Below, in pieces: positions 9,499 through 21,178 of a DNA stretch of 64,000 nucleotides (the stretch's first letter is position 1; each line of letters begins with the position of its first letter). The stretch is from an uncultured Bacilli bacterium (GTDB lineage Bacteria > Bacillota_I > Bacilli_A > RF39 > UBA660): positions 2,673 to 66,672 of the forward strand of contig CANROY010000002.1 in the NCBI GenBank assembly GCA_947632355.1, given 5' to 3'. Made by a program: the position numbers and the translations under genes. The notes beneath the pieces are model-generated. The model saw only the letters and a list, made by a program, of their open reading frames with translations. It did not search any database and was not told where the DNA came from.

Positions 9499-11325
9499 AT
9501 GGCAAAAATTATAGGTATCGATTTAGGTACAACAAATTCATGTGTAGCATACTTAGAGGGAGGTAAACCGGTTGTTATTGCAAATAGCGAAGGAAATCGT
9601 ACAACTCCAAGTGTTGTTGCCTTTAAAGAAGATGGAGAAGAACTTGTAGGAGATAACGCGAAACGTCAAGCCGTTACCAATAAAAATACGGTTTCTTCTA
9701 TCAAAAGAAAAATGGGTACTGATGAAAAAGTAGAGATTAATGGTAAAAAATATACTCCACAAGAAATCAGTGCAAAAATATTAATGAAACTTAAAAAAGA
9801 CGCAGAAAGTTTCTTAGGAGATAAAGTTACAAAGGCTGTTATTACAGTTCCTGCTTACTTTAATGATGCGCAACGTCAAGCAACGAAAGATGCTGGTAAA
9901 ATTGCAGGACTTGAAGTAGAAAGAATTGTCAATGAACCTACTGCTGCTGCTTTAGCTTATGGTCTTGATAAACAAGATAAATTACAAACCATTTTAGTTT
10001 ATGACTTAGGTGGAGGTACATTTGATGTATCTATTCTAGAACTCGGTGATGGAATCTTCGAAGTTAAAGCAACCAGTGGTAATAACCATTTAGGTGGAGA
10101 TGACTTCGATAATCGTATTATCGATTACTTAGTAGAAGAATTTAAGAAAAGTGATGGCATTGACTTATCAAAAGATAAAATGGCAATGCAAAGATTAAAA
10201 GATGCTGCTGAAAAAGCCAAAAAAGACTTATCTGGTATGACTTCTACCCAAATTAGTTTACCATTTATTTCTCAAAAAGAAGATGGACCAGTGCATTTAG
10301 AAATCAATTTAACCAAAGCAAAATTCGAAGACTTATGTCGTGACTTATTTGATTCAACTCTAGAACCTGTTCGTAATGCTTTAAAAGATGCGAAGTTATC
10401 GAAAAATGATATTAATCAAGTTATTTTAGTTGGTGGTTCTACTCGTATTCCATACATTCAAGAATTAGTAAAAAAAGAACTTGGTCAAGAACCTCATAAA
10501 GGTGTAAATCCTGATGAAGTTGTTGCTATGGGTGCTGCTATTCAAGGTGGTGTATTAACAGGAGAAGTTGAAGATATCGTACTACTTGATGTTACACCAT
10601 TATCTTTAGGTATTGAAACATTAGGTGGTGTATGTACTGTCCTAATTCCAAGAAATACAACTATTCCAACAAGTAAATCACAAGTGTTCTCAACCGCTGC
10701 AGATAACCAACCGGCTGTTGATATTCACGTACTACAAGGTGAAAGACCAATGGCTGCGGATAATAAAACTCTAGGAAACTTCCAACTTACCAATATTCCA
10801 CCAGCACCAAGAGGAATTCCACAAATTGAAGTTAAATTCGATATTGATGCGAATGGTATCGTTAATGTTACAGCAAAAGATTTAGGAACCAATAAAGAAC
10901 AATCCATTACGATTCAATCTTCAACGAGTCTAACGGAAGAAGAAATTGATAAGATGGTAAAAGAAGCCGAGGCCAATAAAGAAGCCGATGAAAAGCGAAA
11001 AGAAGAAGCAGATGTCAGAAACAACGCAGACTCTATGATTTTCGCTACTGAAAAAGCCATCAGTGATTTAGGAGACAAAGTAGACGAAAAAGACAAGAGT
11101 GATGCCGAAGACAAAATGAAAGAGCTAAAAGAAGCTTTAGAAAAAGATGATATTGAAGACATCAAAAAGAAAACCGATGCTTTAAATGAAGTGGCTATGA
11201 AACTTGCTACCAAAGTTTATGAAGAAGCCGCAAAAGAGAATCAAAATAAACAAGAAGAAGTAAAACCAGAAGAAAAAGACGATAAAAAAGACGACGTTGA
11301 AGAAGCAAACTACGAAGAAAAATAA
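9499..11325 (+). CDS. dnaK: molecular chaperone DnaK (Hsp70)
   Basis: Hsp70 signatures [34 protein letters not shown]; 608 aa. Confidence 0.97.
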   Translation: MAKIIGIDLGTTNSCVAYLEGGKPVVIANSEGNRTTPSVVAFKEDGEELVGDNAKRQAVTNKNTVSSIKRKMGTDEKVEINGKKYTPQEISAKILMKLKKDAESFLGDKVTKAVITVPAYFNDAQRQATKDAGKIAGLEVERIVNEPTAAALAYGLDKQDKLQTILVYDLGGGTFDVSILELGDGIFEVKATSGNNHLGGDDFDNRIIDYLVEEFKKSDGIDLSKDKMAMQRLKDAAEKAKKDLSGMTSTQISLPFISQKEDGPVHLEINLTKAKFEDLCRDLFDSTLEPVRNALKDAKLSKNDINQVILVGGSTRIPYIQELVKKELGQEPHKGVNPDEVVAMGAAIQGGVLTGEVEDIVLLDVTPLSLGIETLGGVCTVLIPRNTTIPTSKSQVFSTAADNQPAVDIHVLQGERPMAADNKTLGNFQLTNIPPAPRGIPQIEVKFDIDANGIVNVTAKDLGTNKEQSITIQSSTSLTEEEIDKMVKEAEANKEADEKRKEEADVRNNADSMIFATEKAISDLGDKVDEKDKSDAEDKMKELKEALEKDDIEDIKKKTDALNEVAMKLATKVYEEAAKENQNKQEEVKPEEKDDKKDDVEEANYEEK

Positions 11326-11326
11326 A

Positions 11327-11358
11327 GAAAAGTTCTAGGAAAATAGAACTTTCCTTTT
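11327..11358 (+). terminator. putative intrinsic terminator or attenuator after dnaK
   Basis: Hairpin AAAGTTCTA-GGAAAA-TAGAACTTT followed by a short T-run (CCTTTTGG). Confidence 0.45.
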
Positions 11359-11384
11359 GGTTCATATAGAAGGAGAAAAAAACT

Positions 11385-13178
11385 ATGCCAAAAAAACGTA
11401 AAGATTACTCTGATGAGATGAAATGGAATGTAAAAGATTTATTTGCAATAGAAGAAGATTTTGAAAACGAATTCAAAGCCTTAGAGCAAGAATTACCTAA
11501 GTATAAAAAATACCAAGGTCATATCTTAGAGAATGCTAACAATTTGTATGAGGTATTAACACTCGATATGGACGTTAGCAAGCGTTTAGAAAGACTTTAT
11601 ATTTATGGACATATTCAAAATGACCAAGATACTACGGATACACATTATCAAACCCTTTATGGTCGTGTAGCAAAATTAAATGAAAAATATGTTTCTGCTG
11701 TGTCTTTTATTACGCCAGAAATCTTAAAACAAGAGTATTCTCTTATTGAAAAATATATAGAAGAAAATCCCAAATTAAAAGAGTATGAAAGATTGTTAAA
11801 AGAAATTTTCAAATTGAAAGAGCATACTTTAGGAGACAAAGAAGAACAAATTCTATCCGATTTATCTGCAAGTTTTAGTACACCGGATGATGTGTATTCT
11901 GTCCTATCCGATGCGGATTTAAAATTTGGATTTATTAAAGATGAAAATGGAAAAAAAGAAGAATTAACTGAAAAAAGTTATCGTAAATTTATTGAATCTC
12001 CAAATCGTTCTGTTCGAAAACGTGCTTTTCAACAATTATATAAAACGTATGGTGATTTTAAAAATACCTATGCTTCCTTATTAATGAGTGAAGTAAAAAA
12101 TAATAATAAAATTGCAAGTGTACGTGGGTATGAAAGTGCCTTAAACGCTTCTTTATATAGAAGAGATATTCCCGAAGAAATTTATACGAATTTAATTACA
12201 ACGGTGAAAAAAAATATAGCGCCTTTATCTAAGTTTTGGAAATTAAAAAAACAAGCCCTACATTTAAATTCTTTCCATATTTATGATACGTTTGCTCCGA
12301 TTACCAAAGAAGTACAAAAAAAGTATACGATAGAAGATGCAAAAGATTTATTATTAAAAAGTTTATCCGTTCTAGGACCTACTTATATTGAAGATTTAAA
12401 AAAATCTTTTGAAGAGGGATGGATTGATTTTCCACCAAATGATGGAAAAAGAAATGGAGCGTATTGTACTGCCTGCTATAGTGTGCACCCTTATGTTTTA
12501 TTAAGCTTTGATGGCTCTTTAAATAATGTTTCTACTCTTGCTCATGAACTTGGGCATGCTATGCACTATTATTACGCTTGTAAAAATCAAAAGTATCAAG
12601 ACTATGCTTATTCTATCTTTGTTGCTGAAGTTGCAAGTCAAGTCAATCAAATTTTATTAAGTAAATATTTAATTGCAAATACAACGGATAAAGAGATGAA
12701 AAAGTATTTAATTGATGATTTAATTCAAGATTTTAAAGCAACCATTTATCGTCAAACGATGTTTGCGGAATTTGAACGCACCATTCATGAAAAAGACCAA
12801 GAAGGAACTGTTTTAACACATGAAGAATTAAGTACTCTTTATTATCAGTTAAATAAAGAATATTTTGGTAAAAATATTGTCATTGATGATGTGATTCGTT
12901 ATGAATGGGCGAGAATTCCTCATTTCTATATGAATTTTTATGTTTATCAATATGCAACTGCTTATGCAGCAGCGATAAAAATTGCTATGGATATTTTAAA
13001 TCAAAAAGAAAATGCCGTTACGAATTATTTAGAATTTTTAAAACTAGGATGTACAAAAACTCCAATTGAATCCTTAAAAGTAGCAGGAGTTGATATGTCC
13101 AAACCACAAACTTTGAATGAGGCATTTACTTATTTTGATGATTTAATTCAAGAATTAACAAAACTATATCAAGATTAG
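11385..13178 (+). CDS. pepF: oligoendopeptidase F (M3B family)
   Basis: Zinc motif HELGHAMH; 597 aa; unusually placed between dnaK and dnaJ. Confidence 0.85.
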   Translation: MPKKRKDYSDEMKWNVKDLFAIEEDFENEFKALEQELPKYKKYQGHILENANNLYEVLTLDMDVSKRLERLYIYGHIQNDQDTTDTHYQTLYGRVAKLNEKYVSAVSFITPEILKQEYSLIEKYIEENPKLKEYERLLKEIFKLKEHTLGDKEEQILSDLSASFSTPDDVYSVLSDADLKFGFIKDENGKKEELTEKSYRKFIESPNRSVRKRAFQQLYKTYGDFKNTYASLLMSEVKNNNKIASVRGYESALNASLYRRDIPEEIYTNLITTVKKNIAPLSKFWKLKKQALHLNSFHIYDTFAPITKEVQKKYTIEDAKDLLLKSLSVLGPTYIEDLKKSFEEGWIDFPPNDGKRNGAYCTACYSVHPYVLLSFDGSLNNVSTLAHELGHAMHYYYACKNQKYQDYAYSIFVAEVASQVNQILLSKYLIANTTDKEMKKYLIDDLIQDFKATIYRQTMFAEFERTIHEKDQEGTVLTHEELSTLYYQLNKEYFGKNIVIDDVIRYEWARIPHFYMNFYVYQYATAYAAAIKIAMDILNQKENAVTNYLEFLKLGCTKTPIESLKVAGVDMSKPQTLNEAFTYFDDLIQELTKLYQD

Positions 13179-13188
13179 AGGTGAATGT

Positions 13189-14322
13189 ATGAATAAAAAA
13201 GATTATTATGAGGTTTTAGGGGTTTCTAAAACGGCAAGTGATGAAGAGATTAAAAGAGCCTTTCGTCGTCTTGCAAAACAATACCACCCTGATGTCAATA
13301 AAGAACCGGATGCCGAAGCAAAATTCAAAGAGATAGGAGAAGCCTATGCCATTTTATCTGACCCAGAAAAACGTCGTCAATATGACCAATTTGGTCATGC
13401 AGCTTTTGAAAATGGTGGAGCAGGATTTAGTGGCTTTGATATCAATGATATTGATTTAAGTGAAATCTTTGAAGACTTATTTGGTTCTTCTTTCGGTTCC
13501 GGATTTGGTTCGAATTTTGGATTTAATTTCGGCGGTCGAAATCGAGGAAATGCACCAACTAAAGGAAAAGACCGTTTGGTTACGTTAAACTTAACATTCG
13601 AAGAAGCTGTATTTGGTTGTAAAAAAAGTATTCATCTTGATTTGAATGAGACTTGTCAAAAATGTGGTGGTAAAGGTGGTTCCAATGAAAAGAAATGTTC
13701 CAAATGTAATGGACGTGGAACCATTGTTATGGAACAAAAGTCTATGTTTGGTATTTTTCAAACTCAAACCACTTGTCCGGATTGTGGAGGATCTGGCACG
13801 ACATTTGAAAATGTTTGTAATGAGTGCCATGGAACTGGTTTTATAAAACAAAATAAAGAAATTGTTGTCAGTGTCCCTGAAGGTGTTGATACAGGATACC
13901 AACTACGTATTAGTGGTAAAGGAGAAGCCGGAAGAAATGGTGGACCAAATGGAGATATTTATATCGAATTCAATGTCAAAAAACACGATTTCTTTGAAAG
14001 ACACGATGAAGATATTTATTTAGAAGTTCCTTTAACCATTTCAGAAGCTGCTCTTGGTTGTAAAAAAGAAATACCAACGCTTGAAAATAATGTTATTCTT
14101 GAAATAAAAGCTGGGGCATCAACTGGAGATAAATTAAAATTAAAAGGGAAGGGAATTAAAGTACCAAACTCTTTACGTAAAGGAGATTTGTTTGTCATAC
14201 TAAATGTTGTTACACCAACCAAATTAAATCGTAAACAAAAGAAATTATTAGAAGAACTTGCAGAAACCGAATTAGATGATGAAGCTGTATTTAAAAATTT
14301 CAAAAAGTACTTAAAAAAATAA
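13189..14322 (+). CDS. dnaJ: co-chaperone DnaJ
   Basis: J-domain with HPD (KQYHPDVN), G/F-rich linker, four CxxCxGxG zinc-finger repeats ([32 protein letters not shown]). Confidence 0.95.
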   Translation: MNKKDYYEVLGVSKTASDEEIKRAFRRLAKQYHPDVNKEPDAEAKFKEIGEAYAILSDPEKRRQYDQFGHAAFENGGAGFSGFDINDIDLSEIFEDLFGSSFGSGFGSNFGFNFGGRNRGNAPTKGKDRLVTLNLTFEEAVFGCKKSIHLDLNETCQKCGGKGGSNEKKCSKCNGRGTIVMEQKSMFGIFQTQTTCPDCGGSGTTFENVCNECHGTGFIKQNKEIVVSVPEGVDTGYQLRISGKGEAGRNGGPNGDIYIEFNVKKHDFFERHDEDIYLEVPLTISEAALGCKKEIPTLENNVILEIKAGASTGDKLKLKGKGIKVPNSLRKGDLFVILNVVTPTKLNRKQKKLLEELAETELDDEAVFKNFKKYLKK

Positions 14323-14406
14323 GTGCTTTTTTATTTTCCTAATCATGAAAACAAGAAGGTTTCATAGACATTGTAGATGTTTTTTGATAGAATAAAATAG
14401 AGGTGT

Positions 14407-15051
14407 ATGCATATGCGATACAATGTAGTAAAAGGGGCTAGAGAAATTTTAGCAGATAGTTCCTATGTTATACAAAATCCTGAAAAATATAAAAATAATT
14501 GGTCTAGTGTTTTTGGAAACAATAATCCTATTTGTTTAGAACTTGGTATGGGAAGAGGAATCTTTATAATCGAAATGGCAAAAATGTACCCCAATAAAAA
14601 TTTTATTGGTTTAGAATTAGATCCTTCTCAAACCGCAACAGCTATTAAAAACATTGGAACCAAAAAACTGAATAATTTAAAAATTATTTGTAGTGATGCA
14701 AATAACATCGTAGAGTATTTTGGTAAAGAAATTGATACCATTTATTTAACGTTTTCAGAACCATGGCCGAAAAAGCAAGATGAAAAGAAGCGATTTACCT
14801 CTCTAAACTACTTAAAACTCTATGATCGTATTTTTAGAAAAAATAAGCACATTATATTAAAAACAGATAATAAAATACTTTTTGCAAGTTCTCTTGAAAA
14901 TTTAAGTGAGTTTTGGTATACTTTTGATAAGGTAAGTTTAGACTTACATCATGATGAGCGAAATATACCCAATATTATGACCGATTTTGAAGTACAATAT
15001 TATAAAGAGCATCGACCTATTTACTATGTTGATGCTAAATATAAAGATTAG
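14407..15051 (+). CDS. trmB: tRNA (guanine46-N7)-methyltransferase
   Basis: SAM-binding ELGMGRG and the TrmB FSEPWPKK motif; alternative start ATG 14413. Confidence 0.8.
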   Translation: MHMRYNVVKGAREILADSSYVIQNPEKYKNNWSSVFGNNNPICLELGMGRGIFIIEMAKMYPNKNFIGLELDPSQTATAIKNIGTKKLNNLKIICSDANNIVEYFGKEIDTIYLTFSEPWPKKQDEKKRFTSLNYLKLYDRIFRKNKHIILKTDNKILFASSLENLSEFWYTFDKVSLDLHHDERNIPNIMTDFEVQYYKEHRPIYYVDAKYKD

Positions 15052-15054
15052 GAT

Positions 15055-15633
15055 GTGGAAAATATGAATTATGAAAATCGTGAAGAATTGAACGCATTTA
15101 TAGAATGCAATAAAAAATTAAATGCTAAGAAATATGAGATTATCAAAGGACAATATCGTTTAAAATCTAAAGAAGATTATGAAGAACTTAAAAATTCTAT
15201 TTTAACTTTAAATCAAGAATATACATCTTTTGAAAATGCAAATCCAAATCTCCATGCGAATCTTGGCAAACATGATAGTAAACTATTTGGTAGTACTATG
15301 GCTTCTATTTTTGAAAACTTAGATGTTATATATAATGGTAGATGGGAAGAAGCTGATTTTGATAAAATTAAAAAGGCAATTCGTACGATTACAGTTTATC
15401 AAGAATTGGAATATCAATTAAGCATTATGCACCATTCTTCCTATGAAAAAGAAGAAGACGCTCCTATACATTTAGATGCCAATGGTAATATGGTTGCTAT
15501 TTCTGATCAAATAAAACATCAATTTGATTTTATAGTAGAGCAACAAAAGAAATTACAACCAAAATATGAAGAAGCACATGAATTTCTATTTGAAACAAGA
15601 ATAGAAGAGAATACAAGTACCAAAACCATGTAA
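15055..15633 (+). CDS. hypothetical protein
   Basis: 192-aa ORF; followed by a terminator. Confidence 0.5.
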   Translation: MENMNYENREELNAFIECNKKLNAKKYEIIKGQYRLKSKEDYEELKNSILTLNQEYTSFENANPNLHANLGKHDSKLFGSTMASIFENLDVIYNGRWEEADFDKIKKAIRTITVYQELEYQLSIMHHSSYEKEEDAPIHLDANGNMVAISDQIKHQFDFIVEQQKKLQPKYEEAHEFLFETRIEENTSTKTM

Positions 15634-15655
15634 ACTAGAAAAATCTAGTTTTTTC
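15633..15655 (+). terminator. intrinsic terminator
   Basis: AACTAGA-AAAA-TCTAGTT hairpin followed by TTTTTT. Confidence 0.6.
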
Positions 15656-15708
15656 TTTGCTTTTTTAAATTTTTGTGGTAAATTAGTAAAGCAAAAGAAG
15701 GTATATAT

Positions 15709-16485
15709 ATGGAAACAGATTATAAGCAAATACTTGAAAAAAACGATATGTTTGAAAAATTTGTAAATGCTGTTATCAAAAGAGAAGATTTATATTCCTA
15801 TATAAAATATATTGATTTTTATCATACAAGTTGGAATAATAATAATGAAATCTTTATGAGTTATAATCCAATTACAAAAACGATTAATATTAATTGTAGT
15901 CAGTATGAAAATATAAAGCAAGAACAAAGTGCATTACTTTCTAATTTCTACTTTATTTCTCACTTTTTACATGAACTTTATCACGTAAAAGAAAGAAAAA
16001 TAAGTGAGGAAGAAGATACTTTAAGGGCAAAATTATTAAGATTATGTTTTAAGAGAACAAAATATTTAGAAAAATTTAAACTGACAAATAATCCCGTAAT
16101 CAAAAAGAAAGATACATTTATTTCTAAATATTTAAATTCTATTTATAACCATTATTATCTTTTTGATTTAAGTGAAAGACTTGCTTTTCTTTATTCCTAT
16201 CAAATGGCTAGTGAACTAGCAAAATATATGGGTTTAAAAGAGTTTGAAAATTTTTGGAAATTAAAAGAATATGAATTTTATACGTTTTGGCGTACCCATA
16301 AAAGTCCAACCTTGTATTATTTAGAAAAGATATGTTCAAAACAAGAAATGAATCAAATAAAAGAAGAAATAGAAAGTGTACAAATTCCTTTTGAAGAACG
16401 TTTACAATTAGGGTTAGAATTAACACCAAAAGAATTTGAAAGTGTATTAGAAAAGAAGATTGCACTAACAAATTCTATACACTAA
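15709..16485 (+). CDS. hypothetical protein
   Basis: 258-aa ORF with RBS AAGAAGGT. Confidence 0.5.
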   Translation: METDYKQILEKNDMFEKFVNAVIKREDLYSYIKYIDFYHTSWNNNNEIFMSYNPITKTININCSQYENIKQEQSALLSNFYFISHFLHELYHVKERKISEEEDTLRAKLLRLCFKRTKYLEKFKLTNNPVIKKKDTFISKYLNSIYNHYYLFDLSERLAFLYSYQMASELAKYMGLKEFENFWKLKEYEFYTFWRTHKSPTLYYLEKICSKQEMNQIKEEIESVQIPFEERLQLGLELTPKEFESVLEKKIALTNSIH

Positions 16486-16534
16486 AACTTCTTTTTTTAA
16501 TGCGTTTATGGTAAACTATAACTAGCAAAGAGGG

Positions 16535-17815
16535 ATGCTTATGTTTATAGATGAAACCATTATTAAAGTAATTGCTGGTAAAGGTGGAGATGGCTGTACT
16601 TCTTTTCGTCGTGAAAAATATGTTCCTATGGGTGGACCGGATGGTGGAAATGGTGGAAAAGGTGGAGACATCATTTTAGAAGTCGATAAGGGTCTTAAAA
16701 CATTAGTAGATTTACGTTATAAAAAAGTGATTAAAGCTGATAAAGGAATTAATGGAAGTGGGTCAAATCGCCATGGAGCAAATGCAAGTGATATCATTTT
16801 AAAAGTACCTGAAGGAACAACGATTTATGATGCGGATACTAATTTAGTTCTTGCAGATTTAACGAAAGATAAAGAAACGTTTGTTGTTGCTAAAGGAGGC
16901 CGTGGAGGACGTGGAAATAAAGCATTTGCGACCCATAACGAACCTGCTCCTAAATTTAGTGAACTTGGGGCTCCTGGGGAAGAAAGAGTAATTAAATGTG
17001 AATTAAAAGTTATGGCAGATGTTGGATTAATTGGTATGCCAAGTGTTGGAAAAAGTACCATTCTGAGTCTAATTAGTTCTGCAAAACCTAAAATTGCGAG
17101 TTATCATTTTACTACGTTAAATCCTAATCTAGGAGTCGTTAATTTAAAAGATGGTCGTAAATTTGTGATGGCTGATTTACCCGGTTTAATTGAAGGAGCA
17201 AGCAAAGGTGTTGGTTTAGGGCATCAATTCTTACGTCATGCTATGCGTACGAAAGTCCTTGCTCACGTTATTGATATGGGTTCTTTTGAAGGAAGAGATC
17301 CTATAGAAGACTATGAAGCCATTCGCCATGAAATAGAAGCTTATAGCGAAAAATTAAAAAGAAAAAAAGAAGTTGTGATTGCGAATAAAATGGATTTAGA
17401 AGGGGCAGAAGAAAACTTAAAAAAATTCAAAAAAAAATATCCGGATATTCCAGTCTTCAAAGTAAGTGCAATTAACAATATTGGTTTAGAAGATTGTTTA
17501 GAAAAAATTGCGGATTTGTTAGATACAATTACCGAAGAAGATTTATTTGATGAAAAAGAATACGAAAGTTATATTGTCTATAAATTTCAAAATGAAAAAC
17601 CTTATACCATTCGTAATGATAATGGCGTTTGGGTAATTGAAGGAAAAGAAATCGAAGATTTATTTCGTATGACCCGTTTTACCGAGGATGAAGCTGTTTT
17701 ACGTTTTGCTCGTAAGTTAAAAGGAATGGGCGTTGAAGACGAACTAGAACGAATGGGTGCAAAACGTGGTGATGAAGTGCAAATTCTAGATTATATCTTT
17801 GAATTTAAAGAGTAA
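16535..17815 (+). CDS. obg: GTPase Obg/CgtA
   Basis: Glycine-rich Obg fold (GGDGCTSFRREK...GGPDGGNGGKGG); G-motifs GMPSVGKST, DLPG, NKMD; C-terminal TGS-like domain. Confidence 0.95.
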   Translation: MLMFIDETIIKVIAGKGGDGCTSFRREKYVPMGGPDGGNGGKGGDIILEVDKGLKTLVDLRYKKVIKADKGINGSGSNRHGANASDIILKVPEGTTIYDADTNLVLADLTKDKETFVVAKGGRGGRGNKAFATHNEPAPKFSELGAPGEERVIKCELKVMADVGLIGMPSVGKSTILSLISSAKPKIASYHFTTLNPNLGVVNLKDGRKFVMADLPGLIEGASKGVGLGHQFLRHAMRTKVLAHVIDMGSFEGRDPIEDYEAIRHEIEAYSEKLKRKKEVVIANKMDLEGAEENLKKFKKKYPDIPVFKVSAINNIGLEDCLEKIADLLDTITEEDLFDEKEYESYIVYKFQNEKPYTIRNDNGVWVIEGKEIEDLFRMTRFTEDEAVLRFARKLKGMGVEDELERMGAKRGDEVQILDYIFEFKE

Positions 17816-17832
17816 AAAACGAGGTATGGCTT

Positions 17833-18747
17833 ATGGATTCTGATTTAAAAATGATTAAGAAAAAGTATGGAGAAGAAATGGCTCACTTTTGTCGTGAGGA
17901 ATTTCCAACCATTTTAGAACAAGAGGGTGTTTTAGCTAATTTGTTATTAAAATGGTTTGAACCTTCTAAATTTTTATATAAAGATTTGCAACAAGAGGAT
18001 TTGGAAATGGCTTTTAAAGATTTTATTTACAAGCAATTTGATCAAAAACGAGAAGAAAAAACCAATTCGAATATAAAAACACCACAAGAATTACTAAGCG
18101 AAGCTGGTTATGACTTATATGAATGTAAAAGTGAAGAGGATATTCAAAGTTTTAAAAAATACTATGCTCCAAGGGAAGAACTTTGTACATTTAGAAAAAA
18201 CGAAAATCGTTTAAAAAAATGTCATGTTTTCTTTGCGGTAAAGAAAAATGTAGATACAATTAAACGAGAAGATTTTAAAAAACCACAAAGACAGGACTTA
18301 TATGGAACAAGTGTTATTAGTATTCAATTCGATCGTAATCCCTATCATATTTTATCCATTAAGAATCGATATAATCATACAGTTGATTATTGTGATTCTA
18401 CTTTTTCCAATAATTTAGATAATATTATAGAAGGCTTAACTGATAGTTTTGTCAAACATTATGGTTTAGAGCAAAGTTTTGTGAATCAATTTGAAATACC
18501 ATCATACGTACAAGATAGTAAAGGTAAATACTACAAATACAATTATGAAATCAATGCTGACTATTTTTGCCCAAATAATATTATTTTAAAACAACATGAA
18601 CCAATACGATTACCAAAAGAACGTTATATTTTAGCAGATTATTTTGTTATTGATATGAAGGAAAATACAATATCTAATTATGGATATGATAATGATAGTT
18701 TTCTAGAAATGTTTCAAGACAATCCTATCAAAAGAATTAATGTATAG
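17833..18747 (+). CDS. hypothetical protein
   Basis: 304-aa ORF, no recognised motif. Confidence 0.5.
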   Translation: MDSDLKMIKKKYGEEMAHFCREEFPTILEQEGVLANLLLKWFEPSKFLYKDLQQEDLEMAFKDFIYKQFDQKREEKTNSNIKTPQELLSEAGYDLYECKSEEDIQSFKKYYAPREELCTFRKNENRLKKCHVFFAVKKNVDTIKREDFKKPQRQDLYGTSVISIQFDRNPYHILSIKNRYNHTVDYCDSTFSNNLDNIIEGLTDSFVKHYGLEQSFVNQFEIPSYVQDSKGKYYKYNYEINADYFCPNNIILKQHEPIRLPKERYILADYFVIDMKENTISNYGYDNDSFLEMFQDNPIKRINV

Positions 18748-18783
18748 GCTAAAACGAATAGTAAAATAGTTAAATTAGAAACC

Positions 18784-19269
18784 ATGAAAGGTTTAGTAAC
18801 TTTAGAAATAGATAATGAAAATAGACTAATTGGTTTGGATAATCCTTATGTAGAAGAAATAGGAGATCATTTTTTAGAAGCTAATTATTCTTTAACTTAT
18901 CTTAATTTACCAAATGTTAAAAAAATAGGAAATAGTTTTTTATTTAGCGATACTAAATTATCAAAATTAAATTTACCAAATGTTAGATCAATAGGCCATT
19001 GTTTTATGTTTTATAATAATGTTTTAATCCATTTAAACTTAGATAATCTAGTGGAAATAGGTTCTTGGTTTTTGGCAAAAAATAATTCAGTAATAAATTT
19101 GAATTTAGAAAGTATAGAAATAATTGGAGACCTTTTTATGCCAAATAATCATAATTTAGTAAAAATTCGTATTCCAAATGATGAACGTGTTTATGAAATG
19201 CTTATTCAACAACACCCTAAATACAAAGGAAAAATAGAAATGGTGGAAAAGGAGGAAAGAACAAGATGA
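18784..19269 (+). CDS. leucine-rich-repeat (BspA-type LRR) protein
   Basis: Repeats of about 23 aa: LNLPNVKKIGNSFLF, LNLPNVRSIGHCFMF, LNLDNLVEIGSWFLA, LNLESIEIIGDLFMP. Confidence 0.6.
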   Translation: MKGLVTLEIDNENRLIGLDNPYVEEIGDHFLEANYSLTYLNLPNVKKIGNSFLFSDTKLSKLNLPNVRSIGHCFMFYNNVLIHLNLDNLVEIGSWFLAKNNSVINLNLESIEIIGDLFMPNNHNLVKIRIPNDERVYEMLIQQHPKYKGKIEMVEKEERTR

Positions 19270-19550
19270 TAAAATGTGTGATAGAAAAGGTAGAAGATTA
19301 CAACTATTCCATTCGTGATATCGAAAATGAAATGCATATTTTAAATATGGACTTTTATGGTCTTAAAAAGAAACCTAGTGTAGGAGATTGTTTATATATA
19401 AAAAAAGAACTTTTAAATGCACAAGTTCCTTTATATTTTGAAGTTATGCCCAGTTTAAATAAAGAAGCCTTCCTTCGATTAAACGAAAAAGAATTTCTTT
19501 TACTTATTATTGAAAATCAAGAATATTATTTAAGAAGAGTTTATGGTTGA
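19266..19550 (+). CDS. hypothetical small protein
   Basis: 94-aa ORF whose start overlaps the LRR gene stop. Confidence 0.4.
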   Translation: MIKCVIEKVEDYNYSIRDIENEMHILNMDFYGLKKKPSVGDCLYIKKELLNAQVPLYFEVMPSLNKEAFLRLNEKEFLLLIIENQEYYLRRVYG

Positions 19551-19879
19551 ATAAAATGAATTGTATCTCCAACATGTAAAGAAAAACTAGTATTTTTAGG
19601 TAATTCTAAAATACTTGTTTTTTTAATGCTATGGTTGATTTTAATGATTTTATTTTTAGAACAATTTCGTTCTATAAAAAGAATTGTATTTTCGCTATTT
19701 AAACCGATTATATCAATTTCTTCTTTCATAAAGAAGGTATGAACACTATTGCATTTTGGAAATAGAATACCAGAATGGATATTCGTTTTACCCATAAATC
19801 CCATCAAACGTTCCGAAAAGTTTGTGGCTATTTTGATATCAAACGAATTTTTTTCTAATTGTAGTTTCAAAAGTATCAC
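19541..19879 (-). CDS. DUF192/COG1430-family protein
   Basis: 112 aa with the RLMGFMG...GILF pattern typical of DUF192; convergent with the upstream + strand genes. Confidence 0.5.
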   Translation of the reverse strand: MILLKLQLEKNSFDIKIATNFSERLMGFMGKTNIHSGILFPKCNSVHTFFMKEEIDIIGLNSENTILFIERNCSKNKIIKINHSIKKTSILELPKNTSFSLHVGDTIHFIQP

Positions 19880-19973
19880 CTAATACATCATATCATAAAA
19901 CTGTCAAATTGGTTCTAAAAGAATAGCAATTTCTTTTTATTTCTTCTATAATAAAACTAGAATAGAGGTCGCT

Positions 19974-21068
19974 ATGAAAAAGAAATTGAAATTAGTTTTA
20001 TGTCTTTTACTATTCGTTCTTTTCGTCTTTTTACTATGGAACTCTTCAAAAATAAAGTTTAAAAAAGAGTTAGAATTATCTTTGAATCGAGAGAGTTATC
20101 AAAAAGATATTGTTTCTAAAGTATTAAATGGGAAACATTTAACAGAAAATGAACGCATTGATACTTCATCTTTAGGTGAAAAAGAAGTAATTGTTTCTTT
20201 TAAAACGTTTTATGGACTTACCAAAAAATATAAGGTAAAAGTAAACGTAGTTGATAAAGAAAGTCCAACAATTAAGTATCAAAATACGATTACAACAACG
20301 AAAGGAAAAGAAATTGATTTAACAAAAGGCGTTGAAGTACACGATAATTCAAATGAAGAAATTTCTGTTGCAGTCGAAGGAGAATATGACATTAATAAAG
20401 TGGGAGAATACACGTTATACTATATAGCAAAAGATTCGAGTGGCAATAGCACAAAAGAGGAATTTACCTTAAAAGTATTAAGTTCTTCTTCTAGTAATGA
20501 AACGTATTTTACAACTTCGAAAGGATTTCAAGGAGTTGTAAAGGATGGTGCAACCTATATTGATGGCACATTAATTGTAAATAAAAGTTATGGATTACCT
20601 TCAACATTCGGTAGTGGTCTTACAAACGAAACAACAACGGCATTTAAAAAATTACAATCTGCTGCTTTACTTGATGGCTTAAATATCTATATTGCAAGTG
20701 GTTGGAGGTCTTATCAAAAACAAGTGACGCTTTATAATAATTATGTAGCAAGAGATGGAAAAGAAGCAGCAGATACGTATTCTGCAAGGCCTGGATATTC
20801 TGAACACCAATCAGGGTTTACTTTTGATGTCAATGAAGTTAGTGATAAATTTATTGGAACACCGGAAGCCAATTGGTTAAGTGATAATTGTTATAAATAT
20901 GGGTTTATTTTAAGATATCCAAATGGAAAACAAGATATTACGGGATTTAAATATGAATCATGGCATTTCCGTTATGTTGGAGAGGAACTAGCAACCAAAC
21001 TTTATAACAACGGGGATTGGTTAACTTTAGAGGAATACTTTGGTATTGATAGTGTTTATAAGGATTAG
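19974..21068 (+). CDS. membrane-anchored D-Ala-D-Ala carboxypeptidase (VanY/M15 family) with N-terminal Ig-like repeats
   Basis: N-terminal TM segment; C-terminal M15 motifs SEHQSGFTFDV and ESWHFRY. Confidence 0.75.
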   Translation: MKKKLKLVLCLLLFVLFVFLLWNSSKIKFKKELELSLNRESYQKDIVSKVLNGKHLTENERIDTSSLGEKEVIVSFKTFYGLTKKYKVKVNVVDKESPTIKYQNTITTTKGKEIDLTKGVEVHDNSNEEISVAVEGEYDINKVGEYTLYYIAKDSSGNSTKEEFTLKVLSSSSSNETYFTTSKGFQGVVKDGATYIDGTLIVNKSYGLPSTFGSGLTNETTTAFKKLQSAALLDGLNIYIASGWRSYQKQVTLYNNYVARDGKEAADTYSARPGYSEHQSGFTFDVNEVSDKFIGTPEANWLSDNCYKYGFILRYPNGKQDITGFKYESWHFRYVGEELATKLYNNGDWLTLEEYFGIDSVYKD

Positions 21069-21178
21069 TGCTAGACTAATTCTTTTTATATTTTTATTGA
21101 AAATTAAATGAAAATCAGTATAATAGGATATACTGATTTACTTTGTAAAACTTAAAAAAACTAATGGGAAGTGTAAAG

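Noticed and set aside
9553-11213. Several minus-strand ORFs (60-99 aa) inside dnaK
   Set aside because: Antisense to dnaK; S/F-rich low-complexity translations characteristic of spurious ORFs.
13591-14303. Minus- and plus-strand short ORFs inside dnaJ
   Set aside because: Overlap the strongly supported dnaJ frame; no independent signals.
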